A stretch of 41,856 nucleotides of DNA, from contig JAZDKJ010000004.1 in NCBI GenBank assembly GCA_043803105.1, positions 1 to 41,856 on the forward strand, in the 5' to 3' direction. The notes beneath the pieces are model-generated. The model ran no database searches. It was given only the letters and a program-made list of their open reading frames with translations, and had not been told where the DNA came from. The translations under genes were made by a program, and so were the position numbers. The first letter of the stretch is position 1, and every line of letters starts with the position of its first letter. Source of the stretch: Candidatus Woesearchaeota archaeon (GTDB taxonomy: Archaea > Nanobdellota > Nanobdellia > Woesearchaeales > JAZDKJ01). This document shows positions 8,181 to 17,073 of the stretch, one piece after another.

Positions 8181-9697
8181 GTCTTGGCCTCCCTGAGCTG
8201 TTTTATGTCATTCTTGTACAGGTCGCGAATATCTTGAATCTGATAGTATTCCATAATGGACCTTTCCATACCAAGGCCCCAAGCAAGAACAGGAATCTCC
8301 TCTCCCATGAGGGTTTTTGTCACCTCAGGCCTGAAGACGCCAGAGCCGCCAAGCTCAACCCACTTTTTTTTCAAGGGATGCCAGTAATCGACCTCTGCGC
8401 TTGGCTCAGTATATGGAAAATGACCAGGCCTAATTCTGACTTTCTCGAAGCCCATCTTGGAGAAAAAGGCATTGAGGTAACCCTTAAGGTGCATAAAGTT
8501 TGCTTGAGGGTCAACTACAATACCCTCAACTTGCGTAAGTTCAAACAGATGGCTCCATGACAGTGTCTCATTACGAAATACCTTCTTCACAGAAAAAAAC
8601 TTGGCAGGAAGATCAGACTTTTTTAGGGCTGCAATAGCCTGCGCTGAAAGCACTGTGGTATGGGTCCTCAAGAGGTTTTCCCTGGCTAGAGATTCAGACC
8701 ATTTGTAGCGCCAGCCAAGGCTGCCAGTGTCGCCCCCATTCTCGTGCACTCTCCTTACACGCTCCTTAAGCTTCTCAGGAATCTTGCCGGACTTGGGATC
8801 TTTGATGTAAAAGGTGTCCTGCATATCTCTTGCAGGATGGTCTTGAGGGACAAAAAGAGCGTCCAGGTCCCAGAAAGCAGTCTGGACAAGAGAGCCTTTC
8901 ATCTCTGTAAAACCAAGGTCAAGCCAGATGCGACGGATATAATTAACAGCCTCGCTAACAAAATGAAGCCTGCCTCCGTTAATGCTTGGAACGTTAATTG
9001 AGACATCATAGCGGCGAAACTGTTTTGAATGCCACGCAGAATTTCTTATGATTATGGGGGTGAGCTTCTCAATGAAGTGCTCGTGGCTTAGTTTTGATGA
9101 TGCAACCTTTTTGCCAAGGTCAGTCAGAGAGGCATTCCAAATTTTCTTCGCAGAAATCTTAACCATGCCTTTCCTCACTTGTAGAATTGAAAGAGCATGC
9201 CTTTCCTCAGGCTCAAGAGATTCAACGTCTACTGGCTTGTGGACAAGTGTTTTTAGCAACTTGAGCTCAAGTGTGGGCTTTGAAGACAAATGTATTCCGT
9301 TGTCTGTGAGAGAAACTTTTTTGTCCTTGAACAATATTGCAGCTTTTTGCCTTAAAATGCCAATTGAAGCGTTTAGCTCTTCCTTTGAAAGATGGGCAAC
9401 ATGCTGCACTTCTTCCAAGGTCAACGGCTTTTCCAAGACTGCCAAAAGGAATCTTTGCTCTGGAAGTCCTTTGTCCAGGTAAAGCCTGCCATTTTCCTCC
9501 AATTCAACCAGCTGCGAGACCTTAGAATGAAGCTCGACGAGCTTCTTGTTCTCAAGCCACTGCAGTGCGCGCATGACCTCAATCTCCATAAGATTTGAGG
9601 ACTTGACAAGCTCATCAAAGCTTGATGATTTCAACAGCAAAGGCAGAACCTTCAACTCAATCTTGCTTAGGCCTGAGACAATCTTGTCAATCTCCAT
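8168..9697 (-). CDS. pheS: Phenylalanyl-tRNA synthetase alpha subunit
   Basis: FWDLDALFVPQDHPARDMQDTF, LLRTHTT, FRNE, FPYTEPS, ELGGSGVFRPE, AWGLG. Confidence 0.97.
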   Translation of the reverse strand: MEIDKIVSGLSKIELKVLPLLLKSSSFDELVKSSNLMEIEVMRALQWLENKKLVELHSKVSQLVELEENGRLYLDKGLPEQRFLLAVLEKPLTLEEVQHVAHLSKEELNASIGILRQKAAILFKDKKVSLTDNGIHLSSKPTLELKLLKTLVHKPVDVESLEPEERHALSILQVRKGMVKISAKKIWNASLTDLGKKVASSKLSHEHFIEKLTPIIIRNSAWHSKQFRRYDVSINVPSINGGRLHFVSEAVNYIRRIWLDLGFTEMKGSLVQTAFWDLDALFVPQDHPARDMQDTFYIKDPKSGKIPEKLKERVRRVHENGGDTGSLGWRYKWSESLARENLLRTHTTVLSAQAIAALKKSDLPAKFFSVKKVFRNETLSWSHLFELTQVEGIVVDPQANFMHLKGYLNAFFSKMGFEKVRIRPGHFPYTEPSAEVDYWHPLKKKWVELGGSGVFRPEVTKTLMGEEIPVLAWGLGMERSIMEYYQIQDIRDLYKNDIKQLREAKTWMP

Positions 9698-9718
9698 AGT
9701 GGCAAATAACTAGAACAC

Positions 9719-9746
9719 TTATAAAAAGGTTTTTAAAAAAAAGAAG
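9719..9746 (-). promoter_or_regulatory. T-tract terminator of trmB adjoining the pheS TATA/BRE
   Basis: Minus strand: CTTCTTTTTTTT after the trmB stop, then AAAAACCTTTTTATAA ~22 nt upstream of pheS ATG. Confidence 0.55.
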
Positions 9747-10562
9747 CTATTTGATAATTTCCTTTGCAGGCTTCATGCTCTTCCAGGCTAGCTCGAAAAG
9801 TTCCTCTAACGCCTTGGAAAAAAATGGGGTGTTAACCCAGATGCCCACATCATAAGTCGGATGCACTTCTGCATCATCAAGCACCATGAAAATTATCTCC
9901 TTGCCATCAACTATGCAGAAGCGAGCCTTGCTATTAGTGTGGCGCACCTCGGCAACGTCCTGGATATCCTTGACAGCATTCCTTGTCTCTTTGGTAAGGG
10001 GTGCAGCAATCCTAATCTTTACGCCTCTCTTTTTGACCTGCTCCAAAGTAGGTTTTAGACCCTCAACCTTCCTCATCAAGCCTTGCGAGGTAGTCATCAG
10101 AGTGACTGTCTCCTCAGCATTTCTTATTGTCAGCTCGAGGTGGTTGTACAGGTTGTGACGTCCACGGAGACTTCCAGACAAATCTGCGGGCTCGACCAAT
10201 TCGACACCCTGTGTATGCAGAGTGTTGAGCTCGCCGAGGATTTCGGTATTCTTCAGTTCCTCAAGCCTCTTAATCTTCTCATCTGCATCTGATTTCATAT
10301 TCTTTTTCACGCGTTCAAGAACCTCTGACGGCGGAACAGCAATATATTTGATGGGCTTGCCAAGCTTCATAATAACAAAGCCCTTCTTTTCAAGACTTTC
10401 GAGAACATCATAACTCCTGGACCTGGGCACATTGGCAATATCCGACAATTCACCAGCAGTAGAAACACCACGAGAAAGAAGCGCCGCCCAAATCTTTACT
10501 TCATACAAGTTCAATGAGAAATATCTTCGTAACTTGCTCAAAAACTCTTCTTTGACTATCAA
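9747..10562 (-). CDS. trmB: TrmB-family transcriptional regulator (wHTH plus PLD-like C-domain), paralog 1
   Basis: LNLYEVKIWAALL..STAGELSDIANVPRSRSYDVLESLEKKGF..GKPIKY; KRGVKIRI; ARFCIVDGKE; TTG start with GGGGGGAGGT SD. Confidence 0.9.
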   Translation of the reverse strand: MIVKEEFLSKLRRYFSLNLYEVKIWAALLSRGVSTAGELSDIANVPRSRSYDVLESLEKKGFVIMKLGKPIKYIAVPPSEVLERVKKNMKSDADEKIKRLEELKNTEILGELNTLHTQGVELVEPADLSGSLRGRHNLYNHLELTIRNAEETVTLMTTSQGLMRKVEGLKPTLEQVKKRGVKIRIAAPLTKETRNAVKDIQDVAEVRHTNSKARFCIVDGKEIIFMVLDDAEVHPTYDVGIWVNTPFFSKALEELFELAWKSMKPAKEIIK

Positions 10563-10845
10563 TTTAACCTCCCCCCTTTTTTGTTATGAATGGTGAATAA
10601 ATAAAAAGTACTACTATTAATATGTTACGATTTTTAACCCCGGTGTAGTACTTCCGATTTATTTTGCTGTACAAGGGGTTGGTACTGTGAAGTATTAAAT
10701 AAGTTTTATTATTAACGAATAATAAAAGTATCGCTACTATTTAAACTTTTAGCAATTAAATCATAACAATCTTAACATAGATACGAAAAAGAAGACAAAC
10801 ATGGCTGTCAAAAGTTTTAAATATGCTAGAAGTGAAGGCTAGGGC

Positions 10846-12324
10846 ATGGCCTACTATATGCCGGCACAGATAGACGTTGCGGGAGCATTCAGCTATGTAG
10901 GGGAATGGATAAATCAGATTTTCTCAAACGAATATGCGACATTTGGGGTAACAATCATAGTCCTTACAATACTTCTGAAATCAATATTTGCGGCAAGCCT
11001 TAGAAAGACCAAGTTGTTTGAGGGAGCAGGAGGAACAGGAACATCAGGACCTGGGAACGCAATCGCGTGGAGCTTTGCGATGCTTTCCAGCATAGGACTC
11101 TATTACCTGAAAGGAGACAGGAATGTTGGGGTGTTCCTGAGAAATATACTAGGGCCAGCAGGAATATGGGCAGCAATAGTTGCAACAATATTCCTGTTTC
11201 TTTGGCTAAAGGGAGCAACAGGATCAACCAAATGGGCACTTCCCCTCACAGGGTTAGCAGCAATAGCAATATCGAACATGGTCCAGTGGCCAATGCTTGC
11301 AAGCGGCGGGGTATTTATGATGATAGGAGGGGTCTTTTGGCTGATAGGATCAAGTGCGAGAGGGCCAAGGCCAATCAGCAGGAGAGATGTTAATCGCACA
11401 CAGAATGCTGACAACAGCCTTTCCAATACAACAAATAATCTTTTCAGAACACTGCAAAGAGACAATCAAGTTAACAGCCCTGTTGGAAGGACAGCGGTGA
11501 ATGCAGCAAATGCAGAAACCCAAGAAACCATGCAAGAAGAACAAAACCAGGCTGATGAAAACAGAAGGGTAAACAATGCAATTGCAGCAGCAGCAAGCGA
11601 CAATCCAGAAGCATTGGCAGTGTTGCACAGGGAAAGAGAAGGGCTATTCAGGGATTGGACGCAAGACCTGGCACAAATAGAACAAACCAACGCTCAAGTG
11701 GATGAAGACAGAAAAAACTTGGAAGCCTGCAGACAAGCGATTGGGCAACAGTTAAGCCAACTGGCAAAAGCAGAAGAACTTTCCAAAAAAGTAGAAGGAA
11801 AACTGCAATCTACAAACCCAGAAGAGCTTAAACGAATAAATAGGAATTATCCTGCGGACGTGAAACTCCACCTTGACCTCCTGAAGAAAGTATTTGATAA
11901 ATTGAGAGAATATCAGCAGCTCGAAACCAGGATTGGTGACATTGAAGCAGAATTAGAAAGCAAAGATAATCAGATAAGCCAAATAATTGGCACTGCATTA
12001 ACCCAGTTGCATGAAGACTACTTCACAAATAAGCAAGGAAGTATTGACGCACTTAAAGTTGTCAGAGATTTGGAACACAAGAAGAACATACTCCTTACAA
12101 ATAAGGAATCACTTATAAGGGAGCTGAAACGCAGTATATTCCATGCAGCCAATCTCTCTCGTGAAGTACAAGGAATGCAGCAAAGCATTTCTAGGCTTGA
12201 ACACGGACTCAGGATGGAGGAAGCAGATATGAAACTAAAGGCAGCTGAAGAGGAGGCCCTTGTTGCAAATGAAAAACAAAGAATTCAGGAAGTAGAAACA
12301 AGAAAAAGGGGCTTTAACATTTAA
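10846..12324 (+). CDS. Hypothetical membrane protein: ~5 N-terminal TM helices plus long coiled coil
   Basis: 492 aa; hydrophobic segments in aa ~30-170; Q/E/N/K-rich heptad-like helical remainder; TATA AAAAGTTTTAAATA at 10810-10823. Confidence 0.8.
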   Translation: MAYYMPAQIDVAGAFSYVGEWINQIFSNEYATFGVTIIVLTILLKSIFAASLRKTKLFEGAGGTGTSGPGNAIAWSFAMLSSIGLYYLKGDRNVGVFLRNILGPAGIWAAIVATIFLFLWLKGATGSTKWALPLTGLAAIAISNMVQWPMLASGGVFMMIGGVFWLIGSSARGPRPISRRDVNRTQNADNSLSNTTNNLFRTLQRDNQVNSPVGRTAVNAANAETQETMQEEQNQADENRRVNNAIAAAASDNPEALAVLHREREGLFRDWTQDLAQIEQTNAQVDEDRKNLEACRQAIGQQLSQLAKAEELSKKVEGKLQSTNPEELKRINRNYPADVKLHLDLLKKVFDKLREYQQLETRIGDIEAELESKDNQISQIIGTALTQLHEDYFTNKQGSIDALKVVRDLEHKKNILLTNKESLIRELKRSIFHAANLSREVQGMQQSISRLEHGLRMEEADMKLKAAEEEALVANEKQRIQEVETRKRGFNI

Positions 12325-12337
12325 GATAATCAGCAAT

Positions 12338-13120
12338 CTAAGCAAGCTGACTCTGGATAACCTTTCTCGGACAAACCTTGACACAATCAAGGCATTTATT
12401 GCATTTTGCAGGATCAATCTTCGCACAACTTGAGTCAATCGAAATAGCCTTGCTCTTGCAGGCCTTAACACACAAACCACAGGCAATGCAGCCATTTGAG
12501 CATGACTTGATGAATTCCTTTTTCTGATTGTGACAGGCTACAAAAACAGTGTCTGTGGCCTTGGATAACATAAGCACAGACTTGGGGCAGGCAGCAACGC
12601 AAAGATCGCAGCCAGTGCATTTCTTGTCATCAATAACAGGAAGGGAATCCTTCATTGAGATCGCACCAAATTGGCAGACCTTGAGGCAATCACCAAAACC
12701 AATGCAGGAGAAAGCACAAGACTTTGGACCATTTGAGAGAAGGCTTGCTGCCTTACAAGTTCTGATGCCGTGGTAGTCAAACTTTTCCTTGGAACCAGAC
12801 TTGCAGAGAACCCTTGCGAACATTTGGGCCTCTTGCTGCACCTTGACCCCTAAAACAGTCTCAATATCCTCAAGGACTTTTTTGCCTCCAAGACGGCAGT
12901 GGTTAGCAGCTTTAGGATCATGGACAAGGGCCTTAGCAAACTCTGAGCAGCTTGGAAAGCCACAGGCACCACAATTGCTTTGAGGCAGAACCTCAAATAC
13001 AGAATCGACCTTTGGGTCCTCCTTAGAGACAAAGCGTTTTGAAGCAAAGGCAAGACTAATTGCTAGGAGGAGCGCAATAACAGCAGCAGTAATCAGAGCA
13101 GTCATTATAGCTTGAATCAT
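12338..13120 (-). CDS. rnfB: Rnf complex subunit B (polyferredoxin)
   Basis: N-terminal TM, LPQSNCGACGFPSC, CIGFGDCLKVCQFGAI, CTGCDLCVAACPK, CIACGLCVKAC, CNKCLDCVKVCP. Confidence 0.95.
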   Translation of the reverse strand: MIQAIMTALITAAVIALLLAISLAFASKRFVSKEDPKVDSVFEVLPQSNCGACGFPSCSEFAKALVHDPKAANHCRLGGKKVLEDIETVLGVKVQQEAQMFARVLCKSGSKEKFDYHGIRTCKAASLLSNGPKSCAFSCIGFGDCLKVCQFGAISMKDSLPVIDDKKCTGCDLCVAACPKSVLMLSKATDTVFVACHNQKKEFIKSCSNGCIACGLCVKACKSKAISIDSSCAKIDPAKCNKCLDCVKVCPRKVIQSQLA

Positions 13121-13695
13121 TGAATCATCCCGCTAAAGGCAAGAAATGCCATGGACATAAGAGCAGCAGTAATAAATGCGATAGGAATGCCTTGAAAGTT
13201 CTTTGGCACATCACCAAGGTCAAGCCGCTCACGGACAGCAGACATCAAAAGAAGGGCAAGGAGAAAACCGAGGCCGCCGCCGATTGCATTAACAATGCTG
13301 CCGACAAGAGAATAATTCTTTTGTATGTTCAAGAAAGCAACGCCGAGCACAGCACAATTAGTTGTGATAAGGGGAAGGTAAATCCCAAGGGCATTATATA
13401 ATGATGGGCTGTATTGCTTTATAACCAATTCAAGAATCTGAACGAGGCTGGCTATAACGAGAATAAAAACGAGGATGTCCAAATACCCGATGTTTAACGG
13501 GATCAAGACCAGCTTCTCAATAACCCAAACAACAGTGGATGAAATCCCCATCACACCAGTAACAGCCAAGCCCATGCCTAGGGCAGGTTTCCAGCGGCGA
13601 GAAACACCTAAAAACGGGCAGATGCCAAGAAACTTTGAGAGCACAAAATTGTTAACAAAGATTGCCCCTATTATAATCACGAAAAGGTTTTCCAT
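13117..13695 (-). CDS. rnfA: Rnf complex subunit A
   Basis: NNFVLSKFLGICPFLGVS, LGIYLPLITTNCAVLG, RERL, FQGIPIAFITA. Confidence 0.96.
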   Translation of the reverse strand: MENLFVIIIGAIFVNNFVLSKFLGICPFLGVSRRWKPALGMGLAVTGVMGISSTVVWVIEKLVLIPLNIGYLDILVFILVIASLVQILELVIKQYSPSLYNALGIYLPLITTNCAVLGVAFLNIQKNYSLVGSIVNAIGGGLGFLLALLLMSAVRERLDLGDVPKNFQGIPIAFITAALMSMAFLAFSGMIQ

Positions 13696-13696
13696 G

Positions 13697-14296
13697 CTAG
13701 TGCCTCGCCACAGACTTGAAAGAGAAAAGCAAAAGACCCATCACAAGATAACCGCCAGGGGCCAAGAGAAGCATCCCTGCAGCAGGGGAATGGGTCTGGA
13801 CAATTGTGTGGCCAAGCAAAACAATCTGTGAGGTTCCTAAAAGCTCTCTTATTGAGCCGATAAGGGCAAGGGCGCAGACAAAGCCAGAGCCCATGCCAAG
13901 GCCATCAACAAGAGAATTCAGCACACCATTCTTGTAAGCAAAAGCCTCAGCACGAGCCATGATGATGCAATTGACAACAATCAACGGAACATAAATGCCA
14001 AGGCTATCATAAAGTGAAGGAGCATAACCTTGCATAAGCAGGCTAATGACAGTGACAGAGGTAGCAATTATCACAACAAAGAGTGGTATTCTGACATTGC
14101 TTGGAACAAAATTTCTCATTGAAGAGATAAGAACATTCGAGATTACAAGTACGAATAGAGTGGCAATACCCATGCCCAACGCGTTCTCCAAAGATATAGT
14201 TGTTGCAAGTGTGGGGCACATACCCAGAACTATCACAAATGTAGGATTCTGAGAGAAAAGACCTTTCCAAAAAACCTTGAGCCTTGAATCAGTCAT
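13697..14296 (-). CDS. rnfE: Rnf complex subunit E
   Basis: NPTFVIVLGMCPTLA, VRIP, LGIYVPLIVVNCIIMARAEAFA, GSIRELLG, LAPGGY. Confidence 0.96.
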   Translation of the reverse strand: MTDSRLKVFWKGLFSQNPTFVIVLGMCPTLATTISLENALGMGIATLFVLVISNVLISSMRNFVPSNVRIPLFVVIIATSVTVISLLMQGYAPSLYDSLGIYVPLIVVNCIIMARAEAFAYKNGVLNSLVDGLGMGSGFVCALALIGSIRELLGTSQIVLLGHTIVQTHSPAAGMLLLAPGGYLVMGLLLFSFKSVARH

Positions 14297-14796
14297 TTTA
14301 TCTCCTCGACCTTCAGGCGAACAGCCTCAGTAACAGCCTTTGATGATATTGTTGCGCTCGTAATCCCATCAATCTGACCGCCGTACTTTCTCAATGAGAG
14401 CTCTGAATCACTCTTGCCGATAAACTGAGAAAGAAAAGACTGGTCTTGAACCTTACTGCCCAAACCAGGGGTCTCTTGCTGAGAAAGCACAGAGATACCA
14501 ACAACCTTATGGTCAAGGCCAATAGCAACGAGAAGGCTGATGGTTGAAGAGTAACCTTTGGCAGATGTCAAGGCAGCATAACCAACAAGGTTGCCTTTCT
14601 CAAAGACTTGATAGGTTTGGTTCACAACCTTAACCTCATCAGAATTTGGAAAGAATTGCTTTAAATCATTGGACAAAGAAAGCTGTTTTTGGGCAGCAAT
14701 AATTGGAGCAGTCAAAGCGTAAACAAAAGAGAGCAGAGCAGTAGCAATCACAGTAACCAGAAACATGGACATAACCATTTTTGTAGTCTCTTTCAT
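14293..14796 (-). CDS. rnfG: Rnf complex subunit G (covalent FMN)
   Basis: Start set at MKETTK (track starts 14808). TM anchor, KGYSSTI, ETPGLGSK, DGITSATISSKAV flavinylation motif. Confidence 0.93.
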   Translation of the reverse strand: MKETTKMVMSMFLVTVIATALLSFVYALTAPIIAAQKQLSLSNDLKQFFPNSDEVKVVNQTYQVFEKGNLVGYAALTSAKGYSSTISLLVAIGLDHKVVGISVLSQQETPGLGSKVQDQSFLSQFIGKSDSELSLRKYGGQIDGITSATISSKAVTEAVRLKVEEIK

Positions 14797-14797
14797 T

Positions 14798-15715
14798 TCA
14801 ATAACCAAAAGGCTTTGGCTTTACAAGCCTGTCAATAAGCGGAACTGCCGCATTCATAAGCAGTATTGAAAAGGCAACACCCTCAGGATAACCGGAGTAT
14901 ATTCGCAAAATGACTGTGAGCAGACCGCAACCAATGGCAAAAAATATTTTCCCTTTCCTGCTAAGAGGGCTTGTCACATAATCAGTTGCCATGAAAAAGG
15001 CACCAAGCAATAGGCCACCGGAAAGCAGAGAGAAGAGCACATCATGTCCAAAAGCAAAAGAGAGAACGGCAACAGAGCCAAGATAAAAAAAGGGAATCCT
15101 CCAATCAATTACCTTGAAGCAGATCAGGAATAAGCCACCGATCAAAATAAGCATGGCAGAGGTCTCGCCAATACAGCCAGGCCTGTTGCCAATAAAAAGG
15201 TCAAAGTAAAGGTTGCCTGTAGTGCTGTACTGTGCAACCAACGAACTAAAGCCGTTAAGCTTTGCGACTGCGAGCGGAGTGGCAGAGGTGGTGCCGTCAA
15301 CAGCAACATAGGTTGACATAAGCAAAGGGAAAGAGACAGCAAGAAAGGTTCTTGCAGCAAGGGCGGGATTGAAAATCGCATTACCCGGGCCAAATGCATA
15401 TTTTACAATACCGACAGCAATGATCACACCAAAAACCGGAATCCACCATGGAACAGTCGGAGGAAGAACAAGGGCCAAAAGCAGAGAAGTAATAATTGTG
15501 GACAGGCTTAAATGGGGCTTTTTCTTCAGGATAAGTTGAAAAATAAAATCAAATAAAATAGCTGAAACAATACAAACTAGGATAACAAACAAGGCACTCA
15601 TGCCAAAAAAATAGATTCCTGCGGCGGTAGGAAAAAGCAAACCAATGATAAAAAGGAGGTAAAGCTTGTTGGTGGTAATCTTGTGCAGAATATGAGGGCT
15701 GTGCGAGACAATCAT
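14798..15715 (-). CDS. rnfD: Rnf complex subunit D (covalent FMN)
   Basis: SPH, IFNPALAAR, VDGTTSATPL, GCIGETS, GAFFMATDYVTSP, YPEGVAFSILLMN, PLID. Confidence 0.96.
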   Translation of the reverse strand: MIVSHSPHILHKITTNKLYLLFIIGLLFPTAAGIYFFGMSALFVILVCIVSAILFDFIFQLILKKKPHLSLSTIITSLLLALVLPPTVPWWIPVFGVIIAVGIVKYAFGPGNAIFNPALAARTFLAVSFPLLMSTYVAVDGTTSATPLAVAKLNGFSSLVAQYSTTGNLYFDLFIGNRPGCIGETSAMLILIGGLFLICFKVIDWRIPFFYLGSVAVLSFAFGHDVLFSLLSGGLLLGAFFMATDYVTSPLSRKGKIFFAIGCGLLTVILRIYSGYPEGVAFSILLMNAAVPLIDRLVKPKPFGY

Positions 15716-16998
15716 TTACGCATCCTCGCTGAGATTTCATGCTTTGCGAGCCTGATATGCTGCACAAGAGGTATCTTTGCAGGACAAACGAATGCACAGC
15801 AACCACATTCCATACATTCCATGGCGTGATAAGAATTGGCCAAAATAAAATCCCTATGCTCAGAAGCCTTGGCAATGATTGTGGGCATCAGATTGTAAGG
15901 GCATGCATCAACACAGCGACCACAACGAACACAATGCGAAGGTTCCAACAGTACTGGCTTGGACTGCACAAGCACGCAATTAGTGCCTTTAGTGACAGGG
16001 GCTTCATCTGTTGACAGGCAAGCACCCATCATCGGGCCTCCAACAATAAGTTTTCTAGGCTCTGAAGAATAACCACCGCAAAAGGCAATGAGCTCCTTTA
16101 TAGGAGTGCCAATCCTGACCAACATGTTCTGTGAATGGCGCACGTCGCCTGAGACAGTAACAACCCGTTCAATCAGGGGCTTCCTGAAAAACAAGGCATC
16201 AAAAACCGCTTTCACAGTGGCAACATTGCTTACAACAACGCCAACATCAAAGGGAAGCTTTGAATGAGGGCAGTCACGGCCAAGAACAGACTTAATGATA
16301 ACCTTTTCAGCACCTTGAGGATACTTTGTCCTTAAGACCTTTACCGTAATATTCCTCTCACCGTGCAACAATTCCTTAAAGAGATGTATGGCATCCCTCT
16401 TATTGCTCTCAATAGCAATATAGGCCTTGTCAACACCCAGAATCTGCATCTCAGCCTTAATGCCAGAGATAATATCTGGGGCATACTCGAGCATGAGCCT
16501 GTGATCACAAGTGAGATAAGGCTCGCACTCAGCACAATTGATAATCAGAGAATCAACAGCCTTGGGAGGCTTGAGTTTAATATGTGTTGGAAAACAGCTT
16601 CCGCTCAAGCCAACAATGCCTGCCTCACGAACAATTGCCAAAAGCTCATCAGTACTTCTCTTGAGAACAGAATTATCGCGCACAAGCTCAGGAGCCTTGT
16701 CCGGCTTAGCCTCGATGACAACAGAAATACATTCAGTCCCAGAAATGTCTGAGCGAATCAAGTCAACAACAGTACCGGAGACAGAGGCATGCACAGGAGC
16801 GCAAAGGCCTAACGAGGAGTCGCCAATCTTCTGGTAAAGGGCAACTTTGTCACCAATCTTGACCAATGGCTTGCACTCTATTCCCGTATGCTGAAGCAAG
16901 GGTATCATAACCTTGGAAGGCAAGGGCATAGCAACAATCTGGGAGAGAGTAGCAAGTTTTAAGTCTAACAGAACAACCCCTTTTTTGAAAGACAGCAT
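15712..16998 (-). CDS. rnfC: Rnf complex subunit C (NADH/FMN, 2x[4Fe-4S])
   Basis: PLLQHTG, PVHASVSGTV, AGIVGLSGSCFPTHIKL, NCAECEPYLTCD, KYPQGAEK, GGPMMG, CVRCGRCVDACP, CMECGCCAFVCP. Confidence 0.96.
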   Translation of the reverse strand: MLSFKKGVVLLDLKLATLSQIVAMPLPSKVMIPLLQHTGIECKPLVKIGDKVALYQKIGDSSLGLCAPVHASVSGTVVDLIRSDISGTECISVVIEAKPDKAPELVRDNSVLKRSTDELLAIVREAGIVGLSGSCFPTHIKLKPPKAVDSLIINCAECEPYLTCDHRLMLEYAPDIISGIKAEMQILGVDKAYIAIESNKRDAIHLFKELLHGERNITVKVLRTKYPQGAEKVIIKSVLGRDCPHSKLPFDVGVVVSNVATVKAVFDALFFRKPLIERVVTVSGDVRHSQNMLVRIGTPIKELIAFCGGYSSEPRKLIVGGPMMGACLSTDEAPVTKGTNCVLVQSKPVLLEPSHCVRCGRCVDACPYNLMPTIIAKASEHRDFILANSYHAMECMECGCCAFVCPAKIPLVQHIRLAKHEISARMRK

Positions 16999-17001
16999 CA
17001 A

Positions 17002-17073
17002 AGCAGCAAATAAATATGGGGTTATTTAAAACTAACGAAAGGTTTATATCAACGGTTAAAGGGCTATAGCCAT
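17002..17073. promoter_or_regulatory. Divergent archaeal TATA promoters for the rnf operon and apbE
   Basis: GTTTTAAATAA (minus, ~17022-17032) and AAAGGTTTATAT (plus, 17038-17049), each ~24 nt from a start codon. Confidence 0.6.

Noticed and set aside
12338-17001. Na+-NQR instead of Rnf, or bacterial contamination
   Set aside because: RnfC with two ferredoxin motifs and polyferredoxin RnfB are present and NqrF is absent; archaeal promoters, host-like skew and the apbE/pelA overlap argue for real integration.
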